Assembly (NCBI RefSeq): GCF_018350175.1
Contig: NC_058382.1
Location: 60,886,001-60,950,000 of the forward strand
Direction: 5' to 3'
Length of the DNA stretch: 64,000 bases
DNA from: Felis catus
Lineage: Eukaryota
Part shown: positions 12,680-24,769 of the stretch, in pieces
Numbering within the stretch: position 1 is the first letter of the stretch
How the letters are laid out: every line of letters starts with the position of its first letter
The notes under the pieces: model-generated
Told to the model about the DNA's origin: nothing
The model's database searches: none
The model's input: the letters and a program-made list of their open reading frames with translations, nothing else
Made by a program: the position numbers and the translations under genes

Positions 12680-13699
12680 GGCCTTTCCCAGGCCCCGGGG
12701 GAGCCTCGGCGGGCCCACGGCCCCCAGCCACCCTGGCCCCATGCCTTCATCCCTACCCAGGCCAAACCTCCGGCCCAGAGAGGAAAGAAGAGATCCTCAG
12801 ATCAAGAAACCACTGGGGAGAGCTTTAAAAAAATGCAATTAAATAGAAAATAATTAAATCCAATTAAAAGTGAACCACGGGGGAGTGCTGAGGGCCTCGG
12901 TGTGAGAGCTCAGGCTGCCTCCGCCCTGTCTTGGCAGCCTTCCCGGTGCTGGGGAGTTGGACTTTTAAGGTGGACTTTTAAGGCCCCTCCCAACACCCTC
13001 GCAGGCCAGGCACTGCTCCCTGCCCGCTGTTCCTGCCCCCAGGGCTCCCCTGTGCCAGACCCTGCTCCCTCAGGGCTGCCATCAGAGCCCCCAGGAGCTT
13101 GTCCGTGCAGATTTGATGGCTCCATCCTGTCCCCGGTGGTGGACCTTTGGACTCCGAATGCATAGTAAGCCCCAGGCGACTCTGGTGGCTGGTGGCTATA
13201 GTCCAGCGCACTCCCTTCAGAGACGATTAAAACCTGTGACCCAGAGAGGTGGCCTGTGGCACTGGGATGGGGCACAGCAGAGGGCTGTCAGGCTGCAGTG
13301 TGGGGGGCAGGTGCGGGAGGCGGGAACAAGCCTCCCCCGACGGGCTTCCTCCCCAGAGCATCCATTTTGACGTGTGCCAGCTGTTTGCCAGGAGGGGGCC
13401 GGCTCCCCAGGGTCCAGCCCAGCACAGGTTCACGTCCGTGAGACGGAACTGCTCAGGGCCATCAGAACAGGTCTTGGAGGGACAGCTCCGCCGGTCATCT
13501 GTACACCCTATCCAGGAGCACATTGCCCTTTGCATGATGAGCACCTAGTCCTGGGGCCGGGTTGGAAAACCCACAGAGGGTGGCTGAGGGGGCCTGTCTG
13601 CCCCCAAATAATGCTCCAAGGTCATTGCTAGCCAGAAATCCCCTTCTTGGAGGGACGGCAGTGTCTGGAGAAGGCATCCTTTTTATTTAAAAAATAATG

Positions 13700-14152
13700 A
13701 TTTTTAAAAAGTTTTTTAAATTTATCTTGAGGGGCGCCTGGGTGGCGCAGTTGGTTAAGCGTCCGACTTCAGCCAGGTCACGATCTCGCCGTCCGTGAGT
13801 TCGAGCCCTGCGTCAGGCTCTGGGCTGATGGCTCAGAGCCTGGAGCCTGTTTCCGATTCTGTGTCTCCCTCTCTCTCTGCCCCTCCCCCGTTCATGCTCT
13901 GTCTCTCTCTGTCCCAAAAATAAATAAACGTTGAAAATAAAAATTATAAAAAAATAATAAAATAAATTTATCTTGAGATGGAGATAGAGAGCAAGTGGGG
14001 GAGGGGCAGAGCGCCAGCGGGAGACTCCCAAGCAGGCTCTACGCTGTCAGTGCAGAGCCTGATGCGGGGCTTGAACTCACGAACTGCAAGACCATGACCT
14101 AAGCCGAAACCAAGAATCGCACGTTCAACCCTCTGAGCCCCCCAAGCACCCC
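13700..14152 (-). mobile_element. Older Can-SINE hosting a nested SINE
   Basis: Reverse head ends at 14152; TSD aaaataatg at 13691-13699 and 14154-14162. Confidence 0.85.
13731..13962 (+). mobile_element. Young felid SINE (SINEC_Fc type)
   Basis: ggggcgcctgggtggcgcagttggttaagcgtccgacttcagccagg..., CT tract, A tail; perfect TSD taaatttatcttga at 13717-13730 and 13963-13976. Confidence 0.95.
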
Positions 14153-14311
14153 GAAAATAATGTTCAATGGGGCTTAAGCGCCTACAACGACAAGACAACA
14201 AAAGCCAACGACCAGCACTGTAAGACAGAAATCGAAACGTCCCCTTGGTTCCTGACTCCCAGGGCCTCAGTGTCCCCGCACCCTTCCCGGGACAGCTGCA
14301 CACAGGCTTAC

Positions 14312-14437
14312 CTGTGTGACTACGTGCTGTCCCAGGATACCCGCGTGAGTGTGTGTGTGTGTGTGTGTGTGTGCGTGAGCCACCTGCCCATGAGTGTGTC
14401 TGCATCTCCCATCCTGTCCCTGCCAGAAAGGCAGCCC
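14312..14437 (-). other. Putative internal non-coding exon
   Basis: Strong donor CACAG|GTAAGC at 14312. Candidate acceptors are ctgtcctgccag|G (14437) and ctttctggcag|G (14419), giving 126 or 108 nt. Contains a (CA)n. Confidence 0.35.
14349..14373. repeat. (GT)n microsatellite
   Basis: Uninterrupted GT run. Confidence 0.9.
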
Positions 14438-16239
14438 CTGGCAGGACAGCGAGCCCCAGGGACCGAAGCCCAGCCCACCTCGAAGATCCTGAGCCCGACT
14501 CAGGATGTGTCTGGTAGGAGTGACTTGTGACTTTCTCATCCTCAGGTGATTCTGGGATTTAGCCAGCACTGAAACCCTGAGGTGGAGCCCAGCTGAAAGC
14601 CTTCCCACTTTCCCTCTGACAGTCTGCTTCTGCGTCCATCGTTCTCCCAAACACTGAGCTTTCTGTACGGACCCCACAGCTGTTCCTCAGCGATGAGCCC
14701 TCTGCCACATGCCCCCGGGCAAGCGTATCGGGTGAATTTCTGAGGCAGACGAGGCAGGTCACAGGCATTTCCAGTGCAGTCAGTCCGCTCTGGAGAACAG
14801 GGTGTAAAGTCCTGCTCGCTGGGGAGAGGGTCTGCTAGCCTGTAGGCGCAGAAGTTGCGTTGGGTTTGGTCGGAGCAGGCTTAGCTCCTGCTGTATTTGC
14901 CAGCTCAGATCTGAAGGGAAGGACGCGTGTGCTACGAGCAGTCACAGGGTGGACTCTGGGCAAACATTTTAGATCTGCTCTCTCAACCTGCATCCCACCC
15001 GCTTCCCGCTTGGAAAGGCTGAAAGCAGACAGCCAATCCTGGACTCCTCTGCAGCTAGCTCTCTGGATGCAGACGAGGTCCCACCAACTAGCTGTTTTCA
15101 GAGAGGCCGGACAGGTCCCGGGGAAACCGTGAGCCACGACCACCTCTAGCTCAGGGTTTTATGGGGCAGGTCTAGAAGCGGCCCGCATCCTTCCCACCCA
15201 GAGCTCTGCCCAGCCCCCCAAACAGCGAGGAGGTATGGAAAACATGGTCTTCCCACGTGCCTGGAGGATGAGGGCCAGGGCTTGGTCAACACAGCACTGA
15301 CTTTAATACGAAGACGTAAATGGTTTGGGTTTCCCTTTCCTAGGAGGGCACAGAGGAGGGACTGAGCTGACAGGGGAGGGCCCAAGAGAGGACAGAGGGG
15401 GTTGCTGCACCTTCTGGAACCTTAACCTTCTAAATGGACACCAGCTAGGGAGGGAGTGAGAGAACACAGTGCCTTCCCCTCAGAGTACCCTGGAGAGCCA
15501 ACCATGTGGCCCTGCCTGACTACAGGATGGAGCACAGTCTCCACACTGGTGGAGGCGGTGATGTCCCCTGCAGGCAGGCACAGGGGGCACATGTGGACTG
15601 GACTTCCCTCAGACCAATGAGGGGGCCCCAGAGTATTTTGAGAGGCGGATGCCCTATGATCTAAGATGCTCACACTGGGGAGGAGAGACCACAGCTCAGG
15701 TCCATCTGTGCAGCCTCACTCTGCAGAGGCTCTGGAGGCCCTGGGACCGTGAGGACAGAGGGAAGGCTGGAGGCCAAAGGACCCAGATGGAAGAACGGAG
15801 CTCCGGAGGGGAAGGCGAGGATGGCGTGACCCTGGGAACACCATCACGGAAACGCAGAATTCGGCCGGCTTCTGCTGCTCTCTGCCCGTTTGTCCAGCTG
15901 AAAGCCAGAACACGGAGGGGAAGTCGGCCTCCATGGTACCCCTGCCAGGTCCCAGAAGGGTGCCCAGACCCTTGCCCCCCATTCTGCACGCAGCTCACAC
16001 CCTAGGGCCCATGCAGTGGGGGCTGGACGCCAGGTGTCCCGACGGCCTGGTTATCTGTGCAGAGGGTGTCTCTCGGTCGGACCGGGGCTGCGGGTCCCGG
16101 GGTCTTGGCCCCTGTCCCTGCCGCCGGCAGCCTGCTCCAGGGGCGGCACTGAGCTCGCGCCCCCTCCCTGCCCCCGGCCGCCCTCCCTCTACCTTCTGGG
16201 AGGACACCTGTCTCCGGCCTTCCCTCAGGTCTTCCTTCG

Positions 16240-16900
16240 GCTCTGCAGCGGCTCACCCTAACGGCAGAGTCTTGCCAGACAAGGCAGCCCATCCCCGAGG
16301 AACGAGGAAAGAACGCGCGGGCCGCGTCGACGCTGTGCGGGGACCCTACCTTCCCCACCTGCTGCGGCGCCTCCGGGCTCACGATGGGCGTGGCTCCTGC
16401 GCAGGCGCACTGCCTGCATGAGCACGCGGCCTAATGCTCATTGGGCCCAGCGTGTGTCAGTCACCCCACGTGGGGGCGGGGGGAGGTGCTTACACGACCG
16501 GAAGTGAGGTCGCGGCCTTTGGCTGACGCGCTAGAGCCAGGGTGGCGACTGTCGGTGAGGCAGCGGGCAGGTGCCCGGCCGGCACCGAGCGGCACCGGCT
16601 TCCTTGGTTTGGGCCACGTTGGGGTCTGGCTCCTCCGCCTCTCCGTCCCACTCCCCTCCTCCTCTCCGTCCCACTCCCCTCCTCCTCTCCTTAGGTAGTT
16701 AGTGGGAGGGGGCTCGGGGAGCCCGGACAGCGAGGTGGTGCAGGGCACGTCTTGGTGAGGGGGCTGCTGGAGCGGGCTGCAGCCTGCTTGGGGGCCCCCC
16801 GTGCGGACAGTCGGAAAGACCGGCTGAGCTGGCGGGGCCGGGGCCCCCGCCGGCAGAAGGACACGACTCCGGGCTGAGACCCCCTCCCAGGAGCCCGCCG
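16240..16900 (+). promoter_or_regulatory. CpG-rich housekeeping-type promoter with first-exon donor
   Basis: NRF1 TGCGCAGGCGCA 16398-16409, inverted CCAAT (ATTGG) 16440-16444, E-box CACGTG 16467-16472, GC box 16472-16481, ETS/GABPA ACCGGAAGTG 16497-16506, donor CG|GTGAGG at 16554/16555. Confidence 0.6.
16638..16690. repeat. 23-bp pyrimidine tandem duplication
   Basis: cctctccgtcccactcccctcct at 16638 and 16661. Confidence 0.8.
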
Positions 16901-17689
16901 TGTGGACGCCCTCCCTCTCCCCAGCGCCAGGGTGGCCTGTTTTAGACACCGTGGCCGTTCGTCACCAGCAGGGAGGAGCAAGACGCGTGGGGAGATGCTG
17001 ACCTGTGTTCCCGAGCCAGGGCTGCTGCTTCCGTGCTTCCTCTGGAACGGGGACCTTGCCCGCTTGGAGAAGGAGGTGGGAGGATGCTTGCTTCACGTCA
17101 GCTCTCGGCTCTCGGACAGGGCTGCTGCCTTGGCCCTCGGCTTTGCCAGCCCGCCGGTGGGGCACCCTGTTGTCTGCCCACCCACCGGCCTTCCTTCACT
17201 TACCCTTCAACGATTGGTTCGGAAATGGGCATGTGACCCAGTACGAGACACTTCAGGAGACCATCCTTCCCCCTCTTGAGGGAGATCTGTAGGAGGACAG
17301 ACCACCTTCCTCGATGCCGGTGACCCGTGTCTGGGTGTGAGGCTGGGGGTCGCTGGGCCATCTTGCTACCGGCCTTGTGTTGGACCGCCCTGCCTTCGAG
17401 GATGCTGGCAGGAGACATGAGATCAGAGCCAGGAGCTTGGTTGGGCATGGTGCAGACCGCAGCGCGTTTCCTTCTTCCTGAATCCCGTGAGTGTGGTCCA
17501 GGTGGGTGCTCTCCATGCAGGGTGTCTGAACAATGGTGACTGAGCCTGAGCCTTCAGTGATGGGCTGTGGGCCAACTTGCCTGAGCTTTACCCCAGAAAA
17601 CAAACAACTTTGCCCTTGGCTTCGCAGGGGGGCATTCTGTCTACCAAGGGTGTTTGCTAAACCGCCATCCTTGATTAAGGTGGTTGGGA

Positions 17690-17880
17690 CCAAAAGAGGT
17701 TTGCTTGCAAACTGTGCAGAAGCGTGACAGACCCAGGGAAGTGGTGGTGACGTGAAAGGGATATGAGTCTCTGATGACATCATGCAGCCATTGAATCAGC
17801 CCGAGCGGGAACCTGCCCTTTTCTGAACTCCGTTTGGGGAGGTAACATTTCCTTACCGTCTACGCTTGTGGTGTGCACCT
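17690..17880. mobile_element. Old MaLR LTR fragment (MLT1J/K-like)
   Basis: gagtctctgatgacatcatgcagccattgaatcagcc. Confidence 0.45.
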
Positions 17881-18309
17881 GAGGCCACCTGCCTCTTGCT
17901 TTGTCTGCTCCAGCAGGCTTTGCTGAGTCTCACCCGCTGTCAACAGTGTGATGGGGGTGGCGAGGGGGGTAATTAAAATCCGGTGCTCATCTTGCTAGGG
18001 TGTGGTGAGACCCAGGTGAGGTTTGGTCGGCAGAAGTGTTCAGAAAACGAGAACATACCGGCAGAAAGACACGATTGTCTACATTCTTCCTGTTCATCCC
18101 TGGTCAGAGATGGGGACCTGAACTGGTTTCCCAGGTGCTTTGTCACCCGCCTTGTCGCAGCAGTTGAAGTGAGTGCAGGTTTAGGAAGGAGGAGTCCCCC
18201 GCGCCCCCAGCTATGGTAAACTTCTGTCCGAAAGGCTATGACCCGGCAAAGGTGGGGGTGGACTGAGACCCAGGAGGCGGAGGACACTAATGTTCTGCTA
18301 GGTGGGGGT

Positions 18310-18575
18310 ACGCACTGAGTGTCGTGTCCCCCAAATTCATCTGTGGAACCCAGCCCCCAGCGTGATGCTGTCGGGAGGCCATGAGGTCAGGAGGGCGGAG
18401 CCTCGTGATGGGATTGGAGCCCTTGCCCCTTGCGCCCCGCGGGGACACAGCAAGAAGACGGCCGTCTGTGCCCTGGTCTTGGAGCTCCAGCGTCCAGGAC
18501 TGTGAGAAACCAGGGGGTGTTTGTAAGCCCCCCAGCCTGTGGTGGTTTCGTCCTAGCAGCCTGGATGAGCTGACC
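18310..18575. mobile_element. MaLR solo LTR (MLT1A-like)
   Basis: tgtcccccaaattcat ... ggcggagcctcgtgatgggatt ... ccaggactgtgagaaa ... taagccccccagcctgtgg. Confidence 0.8.
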
Positions 18576-19119
18576 GGGGATGGGCGGGGTGGGGGGGGGA
18601 GGCTGTGGGGGAGGAACGAGCTGACGGGGGCGGGGAGCGAAGGCCGTCTGTAGGTATGTTTACATCCCAGGTCGTAGGCGATGCCCGCAATCTGACAGGT
18701 CAGGGGTGAGCAGGGGAGCCGCCCCACGTCCTCACGACAGCTCCCTCCGTTGGTCTTTTTAACCGCAGCCACTCTGCTGGGCTTGATCTTCTCCTGTGTC
18801 TACTGGCCGGCGGGTTTCTTCTTTTGTGAAGGGTCAACATCAATTGCCTGTTTTTCTCCCTGACTCGTAGGAGTTGTTTATACGTTTGGGGTGACGGTCT
18901 GGCCTCTGGTGCCTGCTGTGGCACCTCGCCGCGGCCGGCACGCAGCACCGGGCCCTTCCCGTGCCCGGCATCGTGTCCGCTCTTCTGGGCACCCTCAGCC
19001 CACACCCCCCTCCCGGCCCAGCACTTCCCAGCGGGGCGCACACGGAGCTCACGACACTCGAGCGGCTCGGAGGTGTCCTGCAGGAAGTGGGACGGTTCCG
19101 TTTTGTTTCACCTGATGCT

Positions 19120-19370
19120 TGCACACTCAGCTTGCACACCACGCAGTGCAGCTGCTCACACACACGCACACACATGCGCCACACACAGGCATACACACGC
19201 CACACACGTATGTACTTATACACTACACATGCACACTACATCTGCACTCGCACACACCACACGTGCGTGCACACACCCCATGTGCACATACGTGTACTCG
19301 TACATGCACACCACGTATGCACACATACATTCATGCACCCACCACACGCACGTGCACACACACACAACAC
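19120..19370. repeat. Degenerate (CA/CG/TG)n alternating purine-pyrimidine tract
   Basis: About 250 bp of cacacacg/cacatg/tacac units. Confidence 0.85.
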
Positions 19371-20166
19371 CTTGTTCTCCCCAGGGGCCGCCGAGGAGGG
19401 CCTGGGCAGCACACCCTTACGTGGGCCTGGGCGATCGTCCCCCTGCAGAGTCTTCCTCTGTCCCGTAGGACCTCAATTCTTAGGAGCTAGGATCTCTGCA
19501 CCAATGCGGGTTGGGGAGTGCCCGCCAGGGCCCGGTCCGCCACATCTTTGGACCTACCTGCGAGGTCCCCTCTGGTAGCCTGCCTTCCTGCCCCCCGGAC
19601 TCAGACCCCTTCCCGTCTGGGCTTGGGCTGCTGGTCTCCCAGGGCCCCCAAGGCACCCACTGCTCCTCACCCCTCGCCCTCCCCACTCTGTTGCTCGAGC
19701 CCGGCTCTGCCAGCGTCACATGCCCATGTTCGGCAACAGCTGGCTGAGCTTAATTAAGCCCCACGGTGCGGGTTTCCACCTGGTGAGGAATTAACAACAA
19801 TAACAAAATAGTCAGTCTCCGAGGGCGGGGTGCGAAGAGGTGGGCTGCAGGGCGGGAGGCTCCTGAATTAGCCCGCAGGTCCTGGCTGTCAGCAACCGGT
19901 CCGGGTGTGACGTGACCGGTCCTCTGCTCCTCGCCATCCTTCCCGTGGGGATGGTGGCCTCAGTCCGCAGGTGCCTCTGCGTCCTTCCCCGTGGGAGAGA
20001 CGAGACACAGGCAGCCTCGCTCCACAGGTAAGAAGACCGGGGTCCTGGAAGGCTCCATGCTGTGCGGGGCCCCTGCGTGGCCATCCAGGACACAGGCATG
20101 TTCACAATTCACGAGGGTCCAGGCGGAATGACACCTGAGCTGTGATTGAGGCCCGCACACAGGGTG

Positions 20167-20205
20167 CTCCCAGCCCGCTTCCTATCTTTAGTGCCCTTGC
20201 CAGGA
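20167..20205 (+). repeat. 39-bp dispersed direct repeat, copy 2
   Basis: Identical to 12641-12679; flanks unrelated. Confidence 0.95.
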
Positions 20206-21889
20206 TGCTGGATTTGCTGCGGGGGACCCGGAGGGGGTCCCTCGGCAGTGTCTTTGCTCTCCACGGGGCGGGGGGGCGGGCAAAGGTGTTGCCAGCGGAA
20301 GGGGCCCAGAACCAGGACTGGGAAGAGCCGCAGAGTGAGTGGAGTCCCCACAAGGGTCCACAGCCTTGGGTGCCACCGAACCTCTTGCTCACGGAGCCTG
20401 GGCTCTGCAGAGGGTGGGGGATGGTGGTCCCAGGAGGGTCCCGAGTCTCATCCCTGCAGGCTGGAGTTTTCAGGTGGCCTGGCTCCTAACACAGTGCTCG
20501 ATGCACTGTACCAGATGCGCCCACCAGCTCTGCACAGGGAAGAAGCACATGATGGAGGTGACTCAGGAGAGGCACTCCAGCAGTGTAGACACCCCTGGGA
20601 AGGCACTTTCCCGGAGACTCAGTGCTGGGCAGGACTGGCTGGCGCCTTGTGAGGTCCACCTGTGCGCACAGATTGACTCCTTTAAAAATGCTATTTATAA
20701 CTGGATCCCCATCTGCTTCCAAAGAGGGTTTGGGAAATGCAAGAAACAACTGAACTGTGTGAATAGAAACGGCGAGGTGATTCGTAGATTATCGGACCCC
20801 AAATCAGCCTGAAGTTTTGTTCTGAACTTCCTGGCACTGACGACAAAAAGAGAAACAAGAAGAATTTGTCAACTATAGATTTACATTTGTACGTTCAGAT
20901 TTTTCAGGAAATTGTAGGAGAGGAAGGCACTTTCAGGGAAATCCGTGATAGGCCTGAAATGGGTCCCTACTCTCTGGCTTCAAGAAAAATCAGTCGACCT
21001 GCCTGAGGCAGGAATAATAATAGTGGCTACTTGGTTCCACCTGCTACCTGCTCGCCGTGGTGGCGGGCGAGCTCAAGATCACGGTGCAGAGCGTGACTGT
21101 GCGTAGGACGGTTATTGTGTTCCGGTAACCCTCTAGACGGCAAGGATGTGGTCACATCGCCCGTTCAGGTGGACCACTTGTCCTGAAGTTCCCAGGTCAG
21201 TTCTGGTGTGCCTGTCATCCTGACATGGCCATCCCACCACTGTCCAAGCAGCTTGGCTTGGGGATGGATCGCGTCACCGTATACGTGTGTGTACATGTGT
21301 GTGTTTGTATTACGAAGTCCATGATCTCCGGGAGAACCTATTATGAAAGATTTAACAAGATACTAAGTCCAGGGAACAAGAGGGGATATCTGCAAGATGT
21401 TGATTTTGAAGACGTAGGTCGGTTCCACAGATCATGGGGGCTCCGGTCCTTGTCTCAAAGGCGCAGGAGTGGGAAGGAAAAGGAGGTGCAGGAAGCAAGC
21501 TCCGGGCAGCTCCAAGAACCTTCTGGGCCCTGGGCACCCAGAGAGGGCAAGAAACAGCACCTCTCTGAGGCTCTTCTCATGTGTAAAGTGAGGTTGTTGT
21601 GAGTGAGGAAATGGATGTACAAACAGCCAGGCAGATTAAGGTACCCGCAGTCAGGTGTAGGTGGCTTCAGGATTCTCGGCACCTCGCCGCGTGCACAAAC
21701 CCTTTCCGTGCTTCCGGTTCTTCAGCAAAACCCCAAGACTCACCCTGCCCGCAGCCAGACAGCTGCCACTTCAGCGTGGGAAAGGTTTTAATTATGAATT
21801 CGTTCTGTCATCTGATATATGACTTTTCAGAATTTCCATTTCTTCTTGTGTCAGTTTTGGTAATTTGTCCCTCAGAGGGTTTACCTCTT

Positions 21890-22108
21890 GGAGCGCCTGG
21901 GTGGCTCCGTCGGTTAGGCGACCGACTTCGGCTCAGGTCATGATCTCGCAGTTTGTGAGTCCGAGCCCCGCGTCGGGCTCTGTGCTGACAGCTCAGAGCC
22001 TGGAGCCTGCTTCGGATTCTGTGTCTCCCCTTCTCTCTGCCTGCTCACACTCTGTGTCTCTCTGTCTCTCAGTAATAAATAAACGTTACAAAAAATTAAA
22101 AACAACAA
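21890..22108 (+). mobile_element. Can-SINE (SINEC_Fc-like)
   Basis: Full head, CT tract and A tail; TSD agggtttacct at 21876-21886 and 22109-22119. Confidence 0.95.
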
Positions 22109-23499
22109 AGGGTTTACCTATTTTCACTAGGTAATTTATTGGCATAAATTTATTGGCATAAAGTTGTTAGTAATATTCTCTTATTTCCTAATGTCTGTGG
22201 GGTCTCTGGTGATGTGCTAGCTTTCATTCCTGATATTGGAAATTTTGTCTTCTGTGTCTCTCTTTTTCTGAGTAATCTAACTAGGAGTTCATCAATTTTT
22301 ATTAATCTTTTCAAAGAACTAACTTCAGGTTTAAAAATTTCTCTATTATTTAATTTATATTTTATTGATTTCTGATATTTATTGGATTCTTCTACTCTTT
22401 AAAGCTTAATTTGCTCTTTTTTCTAGATTTTCAAGGCGAAAGCTTAGATCATTTTTTAAAAACCTTTATTCTTTTCTAACACAGGCATTTAAAGCTGTGA
22501 TTTTTACTTTAAGCACTGTTTTGGCAACATCCCACAAATTTTGACGTGTCATGTTTTCATTATTATTTGGTTCAAAATATTTTTTAATTTTCTTTGTGAT
22601 TTGTCATAGTCATACTTAGAAATTTGTCATTTAATTTCCAAATGTTTGAGGGAATTTTGCACGTATCTTAATGCAATTGATTTCCAACTTTACTACAGTT
22701 GAATATATTCTGTGTTAATTTAAACCTTTCAAATTTATTGACATGTGTTATGGTGAACAATCCACGTGCATTTGAAGAAAAAGGTAAATCCTGGTTTTGT
22801 TGAGTGGGGTGAGTGCCCTGTTAGGTCATGTTGGCTCACGTGGGTTGACAGTGTTATGTGTTTATGTCCTTGCGGATTTTGGTGTCCACACATTCAATCA
22901 GTCACTGAGAAGGGAGTGAAAACCCCAACTGTAATTGTGGGTTTGTCTCCGTCTCCCTGTAGATTTGTTTGTTTTCGCTGCACTTAGTTTGAAGCTCTCA
23001 CTAAGTGCGTACTGCGTTATGACTGTTATACCTGCCTGATGAATTGAAATCACCCACATTCCGCTTCATTATTTACTTTTTCTTTTTTGTAGGATATAGA
23101 ATTTTAGGTTCGCGGTTTTATTTAAACGCTTTCAAGATGCGTTCTGCGGTGTTGTGGCTGGCAGCGTTTCCTATGAGAAGTCAACCATGTATCTCACATG
23201 TTCGCTGGTGTATGATGTGTCTGTTTTTCGCTGGCTGCTTTTAAGCTGGCCTGTTTATCTTTGATTTTAGCGTGTTCTTAGATAATTGTCTTACGTGTTC
23301 ATGCTGTTCAGGTTTTATTGATTTGTGGGTTGATATTTTCCACCAAATTGGGGAAATTTCAGTTATTTCTTCAAATATATTGTTCAGCCCCACTCTCTTT
23401 CCGTACCATGTATGTAGGTGTGTGTGTGTGTACTTATGTGTTTTAGACCGTGTGGTATTGCCCCACAGGTCCCTGAGAGTCTTTTTTGTTACTGTTGCT

Positions 23500-23727
23500 G
23501 TTTTATTTTTATTTATTTATTTTTTTCAACGCTTATTTTTATTTTTGGGACAGAGAGAGAGCATGAACGCGGGAGGGGCAGAGAGAGAGGGAGACACAGA
23601 ATCGGAAACAGGCTCCAGGCTCTGAGCCATCAGCCCAGAGCCCGATGCGGGGCTCAAACTCACGGACCGCGAGATTGTGACCTGGCTGAAGTCGGAGGCT
23701 TAACCGACTGCGCCACCCAGGCGCCCC
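23500..23727 (-). mobile_element. Young felid SINE (SINEC_Fc type)
   Basis: Ends ...cttaaccgactgcgccacccaggcgcccc and shares diagnostic positions with the 13731 copy. Confidence 0.95.
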
Positions 23728-24675
23728 TGATTTTTTCTTTTAAGATTGGTATTGTTCAGTTCTACATTGTCCATTAGCTTTTTCTCCTTGTGGTTTCCAC
23801 TCTGTGGAGAGTCTCCATTTTTTCACGCATATCTTGTTTTGTTTGAAATATTTCTTTCGTGTTTCCGACATCTACGTCATCTCTGGGTCTGCCCTAGTGA
23901 CTGGTTTTTCTTTCTTCTTTTCTGGTTTAATATTTCTGCTTCTTTGCATTTCTAATAATTTTGTACTGTATGCTGGACATCGTGATCCTGTATGGTCGGT
24001 GGCCTACGACACGTTGTGTTCTTGAAAGACCATGAAGTTTTGTTCTGGTAGCTCAATCTGTCCAAGCTCGGTTTGGGCTTTGTTAGGGCAGGACCTCAAG
24101 CAGGGACAGGACGGTTCTGCTTCCGAGACATGCCGTGCGGGGTGTTTGGTGTGGTCTGTGCCTCCAGCTGTCTGGACTGCAGTGTCTCCCAGCACCGGAC
24201 CCGGCACTGTGCCAACTCCAGACTCCCGTCAACTCGCAGCCCTTAGTGGTTCTGTGCCAGGTCTTGTCAAGTCCCACCCTTCGCGGATGCGGCTCCCTGT
24301 GCAACCGCTCAGAGAAGGGGTGTGCGGATTTCCGGGCCTCCCTCTTTGCGTCACGTCCTCCTTTGTGCTCCTAGACCCCTCCGCGCCCCGACACGACCCT
24401 GTGTTTCTTCCACCTTCTGAAACCGCTGCTCCGTGTCCCGGCTCCTCTGCTCCGTGTCGGGGCTCTCTTTCCTGTGCCGGTTTGGGGATGGCTCCAGGCA
24501 GGAAGCTGGGGCGGGGAGCTTTCCCCCCCGGAGCCTCGTCACTTTCTCGGGGATGGTCTCTCTGGACAGTAAGCGAATGGACGGTCCGCACTGTGCTCTG
24601 TGAAAGCCTTCGTGGTACCTGGTGCGTTGTAGCTTCGATAAACGTAGTTCTGTTTTAACTGTTGCGGATGCGGAG

Positions 24676-24769
24676 GGACTGCTCTCTGCTTACCCCCCAC
24701 CTTTCAGGCTGGGGAGGGGTGGACTGGTCTCTGCTTACCCCCCACCTTTCAGGCTGGGGAGGGGTGGAC
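24676..24769. repeat. 45-bp tandem duplication
   Basis: ggactg(c/g)tctctgcttaccccccacctttcaggctggggaggggt at 24676 and 24721, one mismatch. Confidence 0.9.

Larger units (their letters stand above)
21780..24650 (-). mobile_element. Ancient L1M (ORF2 5' part, ORF1 and degenerate 5' region), split by two SINEs
   Basis: AT-rich antisense L1 text (ttaatcttttcaaagaact; cccacaaattttgac; ttggggaaatttcagttatttcttcaaatat). No intact ORF; the right boundary is approximate. Confidence 0.75.

Noticed and set aside
13731..13810. tRNA-like sequence with A and B boxes
   Set aside because: It is the tRNA-derived head of a Can-SINE, followed by a CT tract, A tail and TSD.
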